From Myxococcota bacterium (GTDB lineage Bacteria > Myxococcota_A > UBA796 > SXON01): DNA of 64,000 nucleotides. The notes below the pieces were generated by a model. That model ran no database searches and was not told where the DNA came from. It saw nothing but the letters and a program-made list of their open reading frames with translations. Shown here piece by piece: positions 54,655 through 64,000 of the stretch. The first letter of the stretch is position 1. Each line of letters starts with the position of its first letter. A program made the translations under genes and the position numbers. The DNA lies in the NCBI GenBank assembly GCA_040386535.1, contig JAZKFH010000033.1, positions 36,925-100,924 of the forward strand, written 5' to 3'.

Positions 54655-54891
54655 TCAGCGCCGCCCACCCCGCCCCAACGCCACGACCACACAAAACCCG
54701 AGCGCCGCGAGAACCGCGCCCGCACCGCCGGAGAGCGCGCTGCAGCCGACGTCCTCGACGTACACCTGCTCCGACACGGCGCCCGTGTCGAGGTGGGGAT
54801 CGGTGTCGCGCTCCTCGCCCGCGGTGTCGGCCGTGTCGGCCGTGTCCTCAGCGAGGGCGGGGCCGGCGAGCGCGAAGAAGACCAGCAACAT
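54655..54891 (-). CDS. Tiny secreted protein with MYXO-CTERM-like anchor
   Basis: GGGAAGG RBS; signal peptide, acidic linker, GCS + TM segment + RGGRR. Confidence 0.7.
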   Translation of the reverse strand: MLLVFFALAGPALAEDTADTADTAGEERDTDPHLDTGAVSEQVYVEDVGCSALSGGAGAVLAALGFCVVVALGRGGRR

Positions 54892-54928
54892 CCTTCCCTC
54901 CTAAGCCGCCCCGTTCACGAAGCCAGCG

Positions 54929-56704
54929 CTACGAAGCCACCGCGAACTGCCGCTCGACGAGGCGACGATACACCCCGTCGCGGGCCACGAGCTCGTCGTG
55001 GGTGCCGATCTCGGCCACCTTGCCCCCGTCGATGACGACGACCCGGTCGGCGTCGCGCACGGTCGAGAGGCGATGCGCGATGACCAGCACGGTGCGGCCG
55101 TGCATGAGGCGCTCGAGGGCCTCCTGGACGAGGTGCTCGCTCTCGGAGTCGAGCGCGCTGGTGGCCTCGTCGAGCACCAGGATGCGCGGGTCCTTCAGCA
55201 GCGCGCGCGCGATGGCGATTCGCTGCTTCTGGCCGCCGGACAAGCGCACGCCGCGCTCGCCCACCAGGGTCTGGTAGCCCTCGGGGAAGGCGCGCACGAA
55301 GGTGTCGGCGTTGGCGGCCTTGGCGGCGGCCTCGACCTCGGCCATGGTGGCGGTGGGCCGGCCGTAGCGGATGTTCTCCTCGATGGTGGTCGCGAAGAGG
55401 ACGGGCTCCTGCGCCACGGCCCCGATCTGGTCGCGGAGCCAGCGGGTGTCGAGGTCGCGCAGGTCCACGCCGTCGAGCAGGATGCGGCCGGCCGTGGGGT
55501 CGTACAGGCGCGCGAGCAGCGCGGCGACGGTGCTCTTGCCGCCGCCCGAGGCGCCGACGAGCGCGAGCACGCGGCCGGGCTCCATCTCGATGTCCACGCC
55601 GCGCAGGACGGGGGCGTCCAGGCGCGTGGGGTAGGCGAAATCGACGCCGTCGAGCGTGACGCGGCCCTCGACCGTGTCGAGCCGGCGCCCAGCGGTGTTC
55701 ACCACGCCGGCGGTGCGATCGAGCAGCTCGAACACACGCTCGCTCGCGCCGAGGGCGCGGTTGAAGTCACCGAACAGGCCGGAGATGCCGCCCAGGGCGA
55801 AGGCGAGGAACAAGGTGTAGAGCATGAACGCGGTGAGATCGCCGACGGACATGTTCCCGTCCATCACCAGGCCGCCGCCGTACCAGAGCACAACCGCGAT
55901 GGCCGCGTAGGCCGCGAAGCCCATCGCGCCCTGGAACGCGCCGTAGGTCAGCGCGAGGGTGCGCCCGAGGTCGAACGACTCGTCCACCTTCACGGCGTAG
56001 CGGGCCACCTCCTGCTCCTCCCGCGCGAAGCTGCGCACGGTGCGGATGTTGCCGAGCGTCTCCTCGGCGACCGCGTTGGCGCCGGCGAGGGCGTCCTGCG
56101 TCCGCTTCGAGAGGCTGCGGACCATGCGGGCGAACACGACCGCCCCGATCGCGACGAACGGCACCACGCCGAGCATGAGCGCGGAGAGCTTCCAGCTCGT
56201 GTAGAAGAGCACGCACAGGCTGCCGACGGCCTGGAGCGCGAAGCGCAGGGCCATCGAGATGTTGACGGTGACGCTGTTCTGGAGGAGCCCGGTGTCCGCG
56301 GAGAGGCGGTTGATCAGCTCACCGGTGCGTTGCCCGTCGAAGAAGCCGACCTCCTGGTGCACGACGTTGGCGTAGAGCTGCTTGCGCAGGTTGGCGACGA
56401 CGCGTTCGCCCGCGAGGGTGAACAGCCACGCGCGCAGAAACCCGGCGATGCCGACGAGCACGAACACGCCCATCAAGCCGACGACCGTACGGTCGAGGAT
56501 CTCGCGGCCGTCGGGCTGCTGGACCGCGTCCATCAGGAGCTTGATGCCCTGCGGTGCGACCAGCGTGCCGACGCTGCCGCCGGCCAGCGCGAGCGTCGCG
56601 ACGACGAGGGTGGGGAGCTCGGGGCGCGCGAGCCCCACGAGGCGCTTCCAATCGGCGCGGACCTTCGGTTGGCCGGTGGCGGCCGCTTCTTTGATTTCGG
56701 ACAT
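54929..56704 (-). CDS. ABC exporter, fused TMD-NBD (MsbA/ABCB-like)
   Basis: Six TM segments; GASGGGKST, LSGGQKQR, LVLDEATSALD, IAHRLST. Confidence 0.95.
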   Translation of the reverse strand: MSEIKEAAATGQPKVRADWKRLVGLARPELPTLVVATLALAGGSVGTLVAPQGIKLLMDAVQQPDGREILDRTVVGLMGVFVLVGIAGFLRAWLFTLAGERVVANLRKQLYANVVHQEVGFFDGQRTGELINRLSADTGLLQNSVTVNISMALRFALQAVGSLCVLFYTSWKLSALMLGVVPFVAIGAVVFARMVRSLSKRTQDALAGANAVAEETLGNIRTVRSFAREEQEVARYAVKVDESFDLGRTLALTYGAFQGAMGFAAYAAIAVVLWYGGGLVMDGNMSVGDLTAFMLYTLFLAFALGGISGLFGDFNRALGASERVFELLDRTAGVVNTAGRRLDTVEGRVTLDGVDFAYPTRLDAPVLRGVDIEMEPGRVLALVGASGGGKSTVAALLARLYDPTAGRILLDGVDLRDLDTRWLRDQIGAVAQEPVLFATTIEENIRYGRPTATMAEVEAAAKAANADTFVRAFPEGYQTLVGERGVRLSGGQKQRIAIARALLKDPRILVLDEATSALDSESEHLVQEALERLMHGRTVLVIAHRLSTVRDADRVVVIDGGKVAEIGTHDELVARDGVYRRLVERQFAVAS

Positions 56705-56735
56705 CGGGCCCCCTTACTCCGGCGCCCCACGCGCG

Positions 56736-56794
56736 CCTACAGGGGGACGACAGGGGCGCCTACGGGGGCACCTACAGGGGCTCCTACAGGGGCG
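56736..56794. repeat. Five imperfect ~12-bp tandem units CCTACAGGGGCN
   Basis: Read directly from the sequence; the last unit contains the stop of 56784-58415. Confidence 0.85.
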
Positions 56795-58415
56795 CCGCCG
56801 CCTTCATCGTGTCGGCTTCGAGGGGCGCGAAGGCCGACTTTCGGATTCGCAGGCCGGGATCCACGCCGATCGGGAGATCCTCCCCCTCGACCGTGACACC
56901 CCAGCCCAGGTAGACCCGCTCGGCGGCGGCGAGGACGTGCAGCACGGCCACCAGATCGCCCACGGTCGCGTCGAGCTGCCCGCGGAGCACGACGTCGCGA
57001 CCGGCGATGTCCTGGAGCTCGCCGATGGGCACGACGTTGCCGCCGTCGTCGACGAAGTGGTCCGCCAGCGCGATGAGCACGCGGGGCGCATCGAGCGCGG
57101 TGGTGACGCGCAGATCGAGGGGGAACGCGGCGCAGCGCCCGGTGGCGAGCAGCGGATCGCGGCGGATGTCCGCCAGCAGCGTCGGCGCGGGGGGCGGGCA
57201 CCCCACGATCGCGATGCGGCCGGCCTCGGAGCGGAACAGGGAGAGGTACAGGTCGTCCAGCGGGAGCGACGGGGGCAACATCAGCCCGTCGTTGCGGAGC
57301 AGGGCGGGGCCGATCATGTCGGTGCCGCCGGCGAAGTAGAGGGTCTCGAGGCCGCCGCGCTCGCGCTGCATCAGCCACCGCGGCGTCTCGATCGGGCCCA
57401 CCAGCACGCGCGCGGGGATCGGGGCCTTGTGCGGCACGTCGTAGCCGGCCCACGCCGCCACGATCGCGGCGCCGTGCGCGCCGGCGTGGTGCGACAACAC
57501 GCGCTCCCGGGCGCCCGCCCACACCCCGGCGAGCAGGGCGAGCGACGCGAGCGCGCCGCACACCAACAGATCGGTGCCGGATCGGGCGCCCGCGCGCCGC
57601 CAGTCGCGCACGAGCAGCGTCGGCAGCAGCGCGCACACGAACCCCAGCGAGGAGAAGGCGGCGACGCGGTTGACGAACCACACGTCGCGCGTGCTCGCGG
57701 CCACCTGGCCCACGGCGGCGAAGGGCTCGGAGTAGTCCCCGAGGGCCTCGGCGGCGAAGAAGGCCGAGAGGGCGGCCGCCGCGGACGCGAGGCCCAGGCT
57801 GGCGATGCCGAGCGCGCCGTAGCCGACGATCACGTCCTCCAGGCCGCGGCGGCGCGACGGGAGCATGGAGGCCACCGCCGCGAGCGCGAACGGGAGCCCC
57901 CCGACGGCCGGGATCAGGAGGGTGCGGGCGCCCGGCCCGATGGCGCCGGCCATGGCCTCGCCCCCGGCGATCACCGCGACAGCGGCGAGGCCGAGCCCGG
58001 GCAGGCCCCACTTCCCGAGGCGCTCCCACGGCGTGGCGCCGGCCATCGCGGCCCGGGCGGCGCCGGCGCGGAGATTTGCCCACGCGGCGCCGAGCGCGGG
58101 AGGCAGCGCGAGCAGCGCGGCGCCGGCGCCCCCGATGGCGGCCGGGAGCATGGCGCGGGCGCGGTCATCGAGGGCGAACCAGGGCACCCACGCGGGGTCG
58201 GACGCCTGGGTGAGCGCGGCGATCGCGGTGTCCATCCCCGCGATCGTGCCGCCGTAGCCGAGCATGAGGACCAGGAGCGGCACACACAGCGCGGCCGCCG
58301 CCGGGATGGCCCGCCCGAGCGCGATGAGGCCCCCCACGGCCACCTGCAGGGGCAGGCCGAGGCCGACGAGGAGCAGGAGGGCCATGACCCAGTCGCTGGA
58401 CACGTTCAGAAGCAC
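56784..58415 (-). CDS. Hypothetical multi-pass membrane protein
   Basis: Many TM segments followed by a soluble C-terminal domain; start uncertain. Confidence 0.7.
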   Translation of the reverse strand: MLLNVSSDWVMALLLLVGLGLPLQVAVGGLIALGRAIPAAAALCVPLLVLMLGYGGTIAGMDTAIAALTQASDPAWVPWFALDDRARAMLPAAIGGAGAALLALPPALGAAWANLRAGAARAAMAGATPWERLGKWGLPGLGLAAVAVIAGGEAMAGAIGPGARTLLIPAVGGLPFALAAVASMLPSRRRGLEDVIVGYGALGIASLGLASAAAALSAFFAAEALGDYSEPFAAVGQVAASTRDVWFVNRVAAFSSLGFVCALLPTLLVRDWRRAGARSGTDLLVCGALASLALLAGVWAGARERVLSHHAGAHGAAIVAAWAGYDVPHKAPIPARVLVGPIETPRWLMQRERGGLETLYFAGGTDMIGPALLRNDGLMLPPSLPLDDLYLSLFRSEAGRIAIVGCPPPAPTLLADIRRDPLLATGRCAAFPLDLRVTTALDAPRVLIALADHFVDDGGNVVPIGELQDIAGRDVVLRGQLDATVGDLVAVLHVLAAAERVYLGWGVTVEGEDLPIGVDPGLRIRKSAFAPLEADTMKAAAPL

Positions 58416-58567
58416 CGGGTGTGGCTATCCCGCCGGGGCGGCCGTCCACGCGGAGACCACATTCCCCCGAAAGAGAATCCCGCCCCACGGCCTCTCGGGC
58501 TCGGGCGCGGCCCTCGCGCGCGTCGTTCGCCGGTTAAGTGTGCCCCCCTTCCCGCCCCGAGGTCACC

Positions 58568-59563
58568 ATGTCCGCGTCCGTCAAGGCCCCCCTCCGCATC
58601 ACCGTCACCGGCGCCGCCGGCAACATCGGCTACGCGCTCGTCTTCCGCCTCGCCTCGGGCGACTGCTACGGCAAGGATCAGCCCATCATCCTCCAGATGT
58701 TGGAGATCCCGAGCGGCATGAAGGCCCTCGAGGGCGTGGCGATGGAGCTGTCCGACTGCGCGTTCCCGCTGCTGCACGGCATGGTCCTCACCGATGACCT
58801 GAACACCGGCTTCGCCGGCGCCAACCAGGCCTTCCTCGTGGGGAGCCGCCCCCGCACCAAGGACATGAACCGCGCCGACCTCATCAAGGCGAACGGCCCC
58901 ATCTTCGTGGGCCAGGGCAAGGCCATCGCGGACAGCGCCGCCTCCGACGTGCGCGTCATCGTCGTCGGCAACCCCTGCAACACCAACGCCCTCATCGCGA
59001 TGCACGCCGCCAAGGGCGTCCCGCAGGACCGCTTCCACGCCATGACCCGCCTCGACGAGAACCGCGCCAAGGCGCAGCTCGCGAACAAGGCCGGCGTTCT
59101 CCCTGGCGACATCACGAACGTCGGCATCTGGGGCAACCACTCCGACACGATGTACCCCGACTACGTCCACGCCAAGATCAGCGGCCGCCCCGCCGCCGAC
59201 GTGATCGGCGAGGAGTCCTGGTTCCAGGGCGAGTTCCTCAAGACCGTCGCCACCCGCGGCAAGGCCATCATCGAGGCCCGCGGCGCCTCCTCCGCGGCCT
59301 CCGCGGCCTCCGCGGCGATCGACCACATGGCGGCGCTCTCCCTCGGCACCCCCGCGGGCGAGTTCACGTCCATGGCCGTCGTCTCCAACGGCGAGTACGG
59401 CGTCCCCAAGGGCCTGATCTTCAGCTACCCGGTCACCGCCAAGAACGGCGAGTGGCAGATCGTCGAGGGCATCGAGCACGGCGAGTTCGCCAAGCAGAAG
59501 ATCGCGGCCACCACCGCCGAGCTCGAGAGCGAGCGCGCCACGGTCGCCGACCTGCTCTCCTAA
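58568..59563 (+). CDS. mdh: Malate dehydrogenase (type 2)
   Basis: [50 protein letters not shown]. Confidence 0.97.
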   Translation: MSASVKAPLRITVTGAAGNIGYALVFRLASGDCYGKDQPIILQMLEIPSGMKALEGVAMELSDCAFPLLHGMVLTDDLNTGFAGANQAFLVGSRPRTKDMNRADLIKANGPIFVGQGKAIADSAASDVRVIVVGNPCNTNALIAMHAAKGVPQDRFHAMTRLDENRAKAQLANKAGVLPGDITNVGIWGNHSDTMYPDYVHAKISGRPAADVIGEESWFQGEFLKTVATRGKAIIEARGASSAASAASAAIDHMAALSLGTPAGEFTSMAVVSNGEYGVPKGLIFSYPVTAKNGEWQIVEGIEHGEFAKQKIAATTAELESERATVADLLS

Positions 59564-59788
59564 CCATCGTCGACGCTCGGGCGGCCCGGCGGCAGAGCCC
59601 GCCGTCGGCCCCCTCCGAGCTCGCGCTCCGCGCTCGGCTGGCGCCTCGTCCCGCCTCCCGGCGGGCCGAGGCGCCGAGCCGGGCGGCCGGGCCGCCCGCT
59701 CTCCGGGCGCCTGCCGCGGGGGTGTCGGTAGCGGCGGAGCGATGCGCTGGCCGACGTCGGGCGCGGCAGCTCGAGTACGTCGTGACTT

Positions 59789-60354
59789 GGGGGACCTGGC
59801 GCAGGCCCCCTGGCCGATCGCGGCGCCAGGATCGGCCCGATCGAGGGACCGTCCGCCCAAGCAGGCTCTCGCGCGCCTGGTTTCTCGACACCCGGTGCGG
59901 GTACACGCCCCCGCCGACGCGGGCCTGACGTCCTTGCCCGCGGTCGCGACGCCGCGAGTCCGCGCGCCGACTCGACGACGCGGTCGTGCCCGCGTTGGCC
60001 GCGGTCGCCGGCGAACGATCCCGAGTCGTGGCCGCTCGTGGTACACGACGGGGGGGCACGCCCAGCTCGGCGCCCCCTCGGGGAGCGCCCGCCCACGCGG
60101 CCGCCGGCCCCGATGCGCGTCATCCTGGGGGTAGACGTCCAAGATGGCGCGGCTTCCGGCTGGCACCCGAAGTGGGAACCCCCGGACAGGTCGCGCCGAG
60201 CTCGCACCCTCCCCGTTACCTTGACGCGTCAATAATCGAGCGTCCTCTTCGCTCCACTGGCGAACGGTCGGCCAGATCGAGGGGGACCTGGCGCAGGCCC
60301 CCCCCCCCTGGATGGCCGACCGCGGGCCCAGGATCGGCCAGATCGAGGGGGACC
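59789..60354. repeat. Two copies (59789-59850, 60281-60354) of a double-hairpin motif, family E
   Basis: GGGGGACCTGGCGCAGGCCCCC...TGGCCGA.CGCGG..CCAGGATCGGCC.GATCGAGGG. Confidence 0.75.
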
Positions 60355-60863
60355 ACGCGGAGGTCCCGCCGCAGTCGCCTCCGTCGCCGCCCGCGCTCGA
60401 CCCGTACCCGGATGGTGACGACGAGCGCGGCCGCGTCAGCGTCGAGGACCTGATCGACAGGTGGGTGCGGCCTGTGCGCCTCGCTCCTGGTCGGTCGCGA
60501 TCTCGGCGGTCTGGCGAAGGCCGCGTACGCCCGCGCCGAACGGTCGCCGGAGCGGCCCACCTCCCGACCGGTGCAACCACTCCGCCGCGCCAGGCGACCG
60601 GAAGTCGGCCGGCCGTCCGCGGGCGGCCGGTCCCCGCCGCCTCGGCGGGACCGAGCGGCAGCGAGACTGGAGGGGGCCGACGGGGCCGTGTCCGCACGGC
60701 ACCGGGCGCCCGCGCCGCCGTCGTGACCCTGGCCCGCGATCTGGGACACCCGCCGCCCCGCCCAAGTGGGGCATGCGCGCCCCACTGTTCGCCACGATCC
60801 CCGCCGAGTCCTCCTCTGCACGCGGCACGGCATTTGCTGTACGATGGCGCACCCGAGGCTCCC

Positions 60864-62444
60864 ATGTTCCGTGCCGCCGTCTATGTCGCGCTGCTGCCCT
60901 TGTTCGTGGCGTGCACGCAGGACCAGGAGTTCGGCAAGCGGGACGACGTGGCCGGCGCCGAGGGCGCGGACATCGAAGTCACTCCCCGGCAGCTCGACTT
61001 CGGCTCCCTGGGCGCGGCCGACGCGGTCACCCAGACGTTCACCGTCATGAACGTCGGCACCGACGAGTCGCTGCTCGACGTGAGCGAGATCACCATCGGC
61101 GGCGCCGCGGGCGGCTTCACCATCCTCACGCCGCTGGAGGAGCTGTCGTTCACCCTGCCGGGCGGCGCGTCGACCGAGATCGAGGTCGCGTTTACGCCCG
61201 AGGGCGCCAACGAGCAGGTGGCCGAAGCGATCGTGGTGTCGGACGACGAGGACGAGAAGCGTGTCACCGTCGATCTGTTGGGCGAGGGCCGCGTGCCCGA
61301 GTTGGAGATCAGCCCCGACCCGCTCGACCTCGGCACCGCCTACATCGGGTGTGACAAGGACTCCGACATCACGCTCACCAACGTCGGCACCGACGATTTG
61401 GTCCTGTCCGCCATCACACACACCGGCGGCGGCTTCGTCCTCACCGATCCGAACGTGCTGCCGCTGACCCTCGCGCCAGAGGCCTCGACGATGGTGAACG
61501 TGTCGTTCACGCCCACGGTCGAGGGCGCCGTGGCGGGCGAGCTCGCGGTCACGTCCAACGAGCCCATCGGCACCCGCGTGTCCGCGCAAACCGCCGAGGG
61601 CCGCTACGCCGGCGAGTACGAGGACACGTTCGAGGTCCCGACCAACCCGCCGGCCGACATCATCTTCTTCGTCGACCAATCCTGCTCCATGGACGACGAC
61701 GCCCGCGCGCTCGCCACCAACTTCTCCGCGTTCATCAGTGACCTGTCGGCGTACACGACCAACTGGAACGTCATGGTCACCAACGACGACGACGGGTGCA
61801 GCACCCACAGCGGCATCCTCACCAGCTCCACGCGCAACTACGAGGACACGTTCACCGAGGCCGTGAGCGAAGTGAGCTTCCTCGAGGACTTCTACACCGA
61901 GGCGGGCCTCACCGTGACGAGCCGCGCGGTCGACGAGACCGACTCCGGCGACTGTAACGAGGGCTTCCTCCGCGCCTCGGCCATCCTCCACATCATCATG
62001 GTGAGCGACGAGGAGGAGCAGTCCTCGGGCGACTGGGACGACTACGTCCGCCGTGTCGTCGCCAAGAAGGGCGACCCCTCCCTGGTCAAGTTCTCGGCCA
62101 TCGCCGGCGACTACCCGAGCGGCTGCACCAGCGGCAGCAACAGCGCCGTGTTCGGCAGCGGCTACTACGAGGCGGTGAACGAGACCGGCGGCGAATACCT
62201 CTCCATCTGCTCGAATTGGGCGACCTCGGTGGAGGCCCTCGCCACCGCTTCCGTCGACATGTTCGTCTTCGATCTCACCCGCACCCCCGCCCCCGACACC
62301 ATCGCCGTCACGCTCAACGGCGCCACCCGCACGGGTTGGACGTATGACGCCGCGGCGAACAGCATCGTGTTCGACGAGGCGGCGCGGCCGGAGGAGGGGG
62401 ATGTGGTGGTGGTGACGTATGCGGGGTTGGCCTCCTGCGATTGA
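60864..62444 (+). CDS. Lipoprotein with two Ig-like (choice-of-anchor D/ASH) domains and a vWA domain
   Basis: LFVAC lipobox; IEVTPRQLDFG..TVMNVG pattern twice; MIDAS-like DIIFFVDQSCSM and VSDEEEQS. Confidence 0.85.
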   Translation: MFRAAVYVALLPLFVACTQDQEFGKRDDVAGAEGADIEVTPRQLDFGSLGAADAVTQTFTVMNVGTDESLLDVSEITIGGAAGGFTILTPLEELSFTLPGGASTEIEVAFTPEGANEQVAEAIVVSDDEDEKRVTVDLLGEGRVPELEISPDPLDLGTAYIGCDKDSDITLTNVGTDDLVLSAITHTGGGFVLTDPNVLPLTLAPEASTMVNVSFTPTVEGAVAGELAVTSNEPIGTRVSAQTAEGRYAGEYEDTFEVPTNPPADIIFFVDQSCSMDDDARALATNFSAFISDLSAYTTNWNVMVTNDDDGCSTHSGILTSSTRNYEDTFTEAVSEVSFLEDFYTEAGLTVTSRAVDETDSGDCNEGFLRASAILHIIMVSDEEEQSSGDWDDYVRRVVAKKGDPSLVKFSAIAGDYPSGCTSGSNSAVFGSGYYEAVNETGGEYLSICSNWATSVEALATASVDMFVFDLTRTPAPDTIAVTLNGATRTGWTYDAAANSIVFDEAARPEEGDVVVVTYAGLASCD

Positions 62445-62504
62445 CGCACTGACGCCACGGGGCGGGTCGTTCCGACCGGGCCCGCGTCGTCAGTGCGGGG
62501 GCTT

Positions 62505-62545
62505 CCCGACATTGGGCGGCGGCTGCGCCGCCGCCCAACGTCGGG
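62505..62545. terminator. Long hairpin between convergent genes
   Basis: CCCGACATTGGGCGGCGGC-TGC-GCCGCCGCCCAACGTCGGG, one mismatch. Confidence 0.55.
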
Positions 62546-62659
62546 CAAGCGTTCGGCATGCGGCCTCGCCCTTTGGGTGGTGGGGGATGTCGGACCCAGG
62601 GGAGCCGCCGTGCCCTGCGGGCGATGGCGGATGTCGGACCGACTTGGGACGTGGCACGC

Positions 62660-63230
62660 CCCGCTACTGAGCAGGCGGCCGCCCTGGCGCTCGGACCGGT
62701 CGAGCTCCTCGCGGATGATACGTGCCTGATCGACCTGCTCGGCCAACTTCGCCTCGGCCCAAGCCTGCTCGGACCGCGCAATCTGCTCCGCGCGCGTCTG
62801 CAAGTAGGCACGCTCCTCATCCAGTTCGGTCGCGAGACGCCTGAAGGGACCGCGCAGACGCGCGCGCTCGGCGGCAAGCCCTACCAGCGCTGCTTCGGAC
62901 CAGGCGTCACGGCGCCCATACGCGCGCGCGTACCGACGTTCTGCCGAGTGGAGCAAACCGAGTTCATCGAGCGACCGGGCCAGGTAGTAGTCGGCGCCAG
63001 GGGCGTCACTCACCGCCCAGCCGCACCAGCGTCCACCGGCGCCCGCTGAACTGCGCCAATCACCTCAACCGACAACCCCTCCCCTCGCACGCACTCGAGC
63101 GTGCCCGGCGCAACCCCGCCCGCTTCGTCGATTGTCTGCACGATGATGGCGTGGGGACGTTCACGTCCACCATGTTCGTGATCTCAGCGCAGTCGAGGGC
63201 GTGGGCCTGGAGCACGAAGGCGAGGATCAT
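62660..63230 (-). pseudogene. Broken, internally deleted GltC-like TPR gene
   Basis: MILAFVLQAHALDC start at 63230; frameshift near 63152; then YYLARSLDELGLLHSAE and LAEQVDQARIIR, similar to both ends of 52685-54265. 3' boundary approximate. Confidence 0.55.
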
Positions 63231-63269
63231 CCTTCTGCCTGACCCAGGCGTTGGACACGGGACAAGCCC

Positions 63270-64000
63270 TCACCTCGGGGCAATCTCGACCTCGACCTCA
63301 ATCGTGTCGATGAGCTCCCCGTCCCCGTACACGAGCAGCGAGATCGTCGTCGTGAGAGCCACATCGGTGGCGACGCCGAGCAGGTCGAGTGCGAACGCGA
63401 GCGAGGTGCCCGGGACCACGTCGGTGAACGACGCTGGGACCACGCTCTCCACGATGCCGTAGGGGTCGGTGCCCACGAGGATCTCGACCTCGGCGTACTC
63501 GACCCCGGACAGGTCTACGACGGCGGCCACGGCTTCGAGGGCCGTCGCGATTTGGGTGTTGATGTCGAAGCCCGAGCTCGTCCAAGTCGGGGTGTCGTGG
63601 CGGCGCCGTCTCCGTCGGAGTCGACGAGCTGACCCGTGGCGACCGAGAGGTATTCGAATTGGTTCTGAGCGACGGTGCCGTTCACCAGGACTCCGACGAT
63701 CCAGGCGTCTTGTGCGTTGGCGGCCTCCGCGACGGCCTCCGCGGCGGCGTCTCCAGGGCATCCGCCGGGCAAGCCGACACCGCCGGGGTCGCGCAGGTAG
63801 TCGTCGGTGATCAGCACCACCACCGGCTGCGCATACCCGCGGAAGCCGACGCCGCCCCCCGCGCCCGTGCCGCTCACCTCGAAGTCGTAGCTCTCCCCCC
63901 CGATCCCCGCGAATGGATCGCTCGCGGACGCGATGAACGGCATCACCCTCCGTGTCAAGGTGGTTGAGACACCGCTCCCCCCCGAGTTTACTGTGCAGGG
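63270..64000 (-). pseudogene. Frameshifted C-terminal part of a probable vWA-domain surface protein
   Basis: GVGFRGYAQPVVVLITDD...DSDGDGA in one frame continues as DTPTWTSSG...EIAPR in another after about 63598; starts outside the window. Confidence 0.6.

Noticed and set aside
62165..62660. 3' part of ORF 62165-63013 as coding
   Set aside because: It runs through palindromic hairpins and overlaps the convergent vWA gene by about 280 nt; likely read-through from a lost stop or frameshift.

Overview
64-kb window of a very GC-rich bacterial chromosome. MYXO-CTERM-like tails, a GltC-like TPR protein, a TPR-fused TonB receptor, a Hanks kinase and many lipoproteins with (Asp-Thr)n linkers suggest a Myxococcota-type organism (inference). 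About 50 CDS, mostly secreted or envelope proteins and hypotheticals, plus mdh, trxC, an HscC-like/J-domain pair, an ABC exporter, a REC-PAS-GGDEF-EAL protein and a RES toxin-antitoxin pair. No rRNA, tRNA, CRISPR array, integrase, transposase or reverse transcriptase was seen. Two things stand out. (1) A minus-strand three-gene locus (22628-28254) encodes a 370-aa unknown protein, a 1245-aa protein of about 12 helical repeats ending in an HExxH metalloprotease domain, and a CpXC zinc-ribbon protein; it may be an undescribed effector or toxin system. (2) The intergenic DNA is built from several families of palindromic repeats, some nested in each other and some with compensatory base changes. 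The last ~1.3 kb is frameshifted, from either decay or sequence error. All product calls come from motif recognition by eye; no database search was run.
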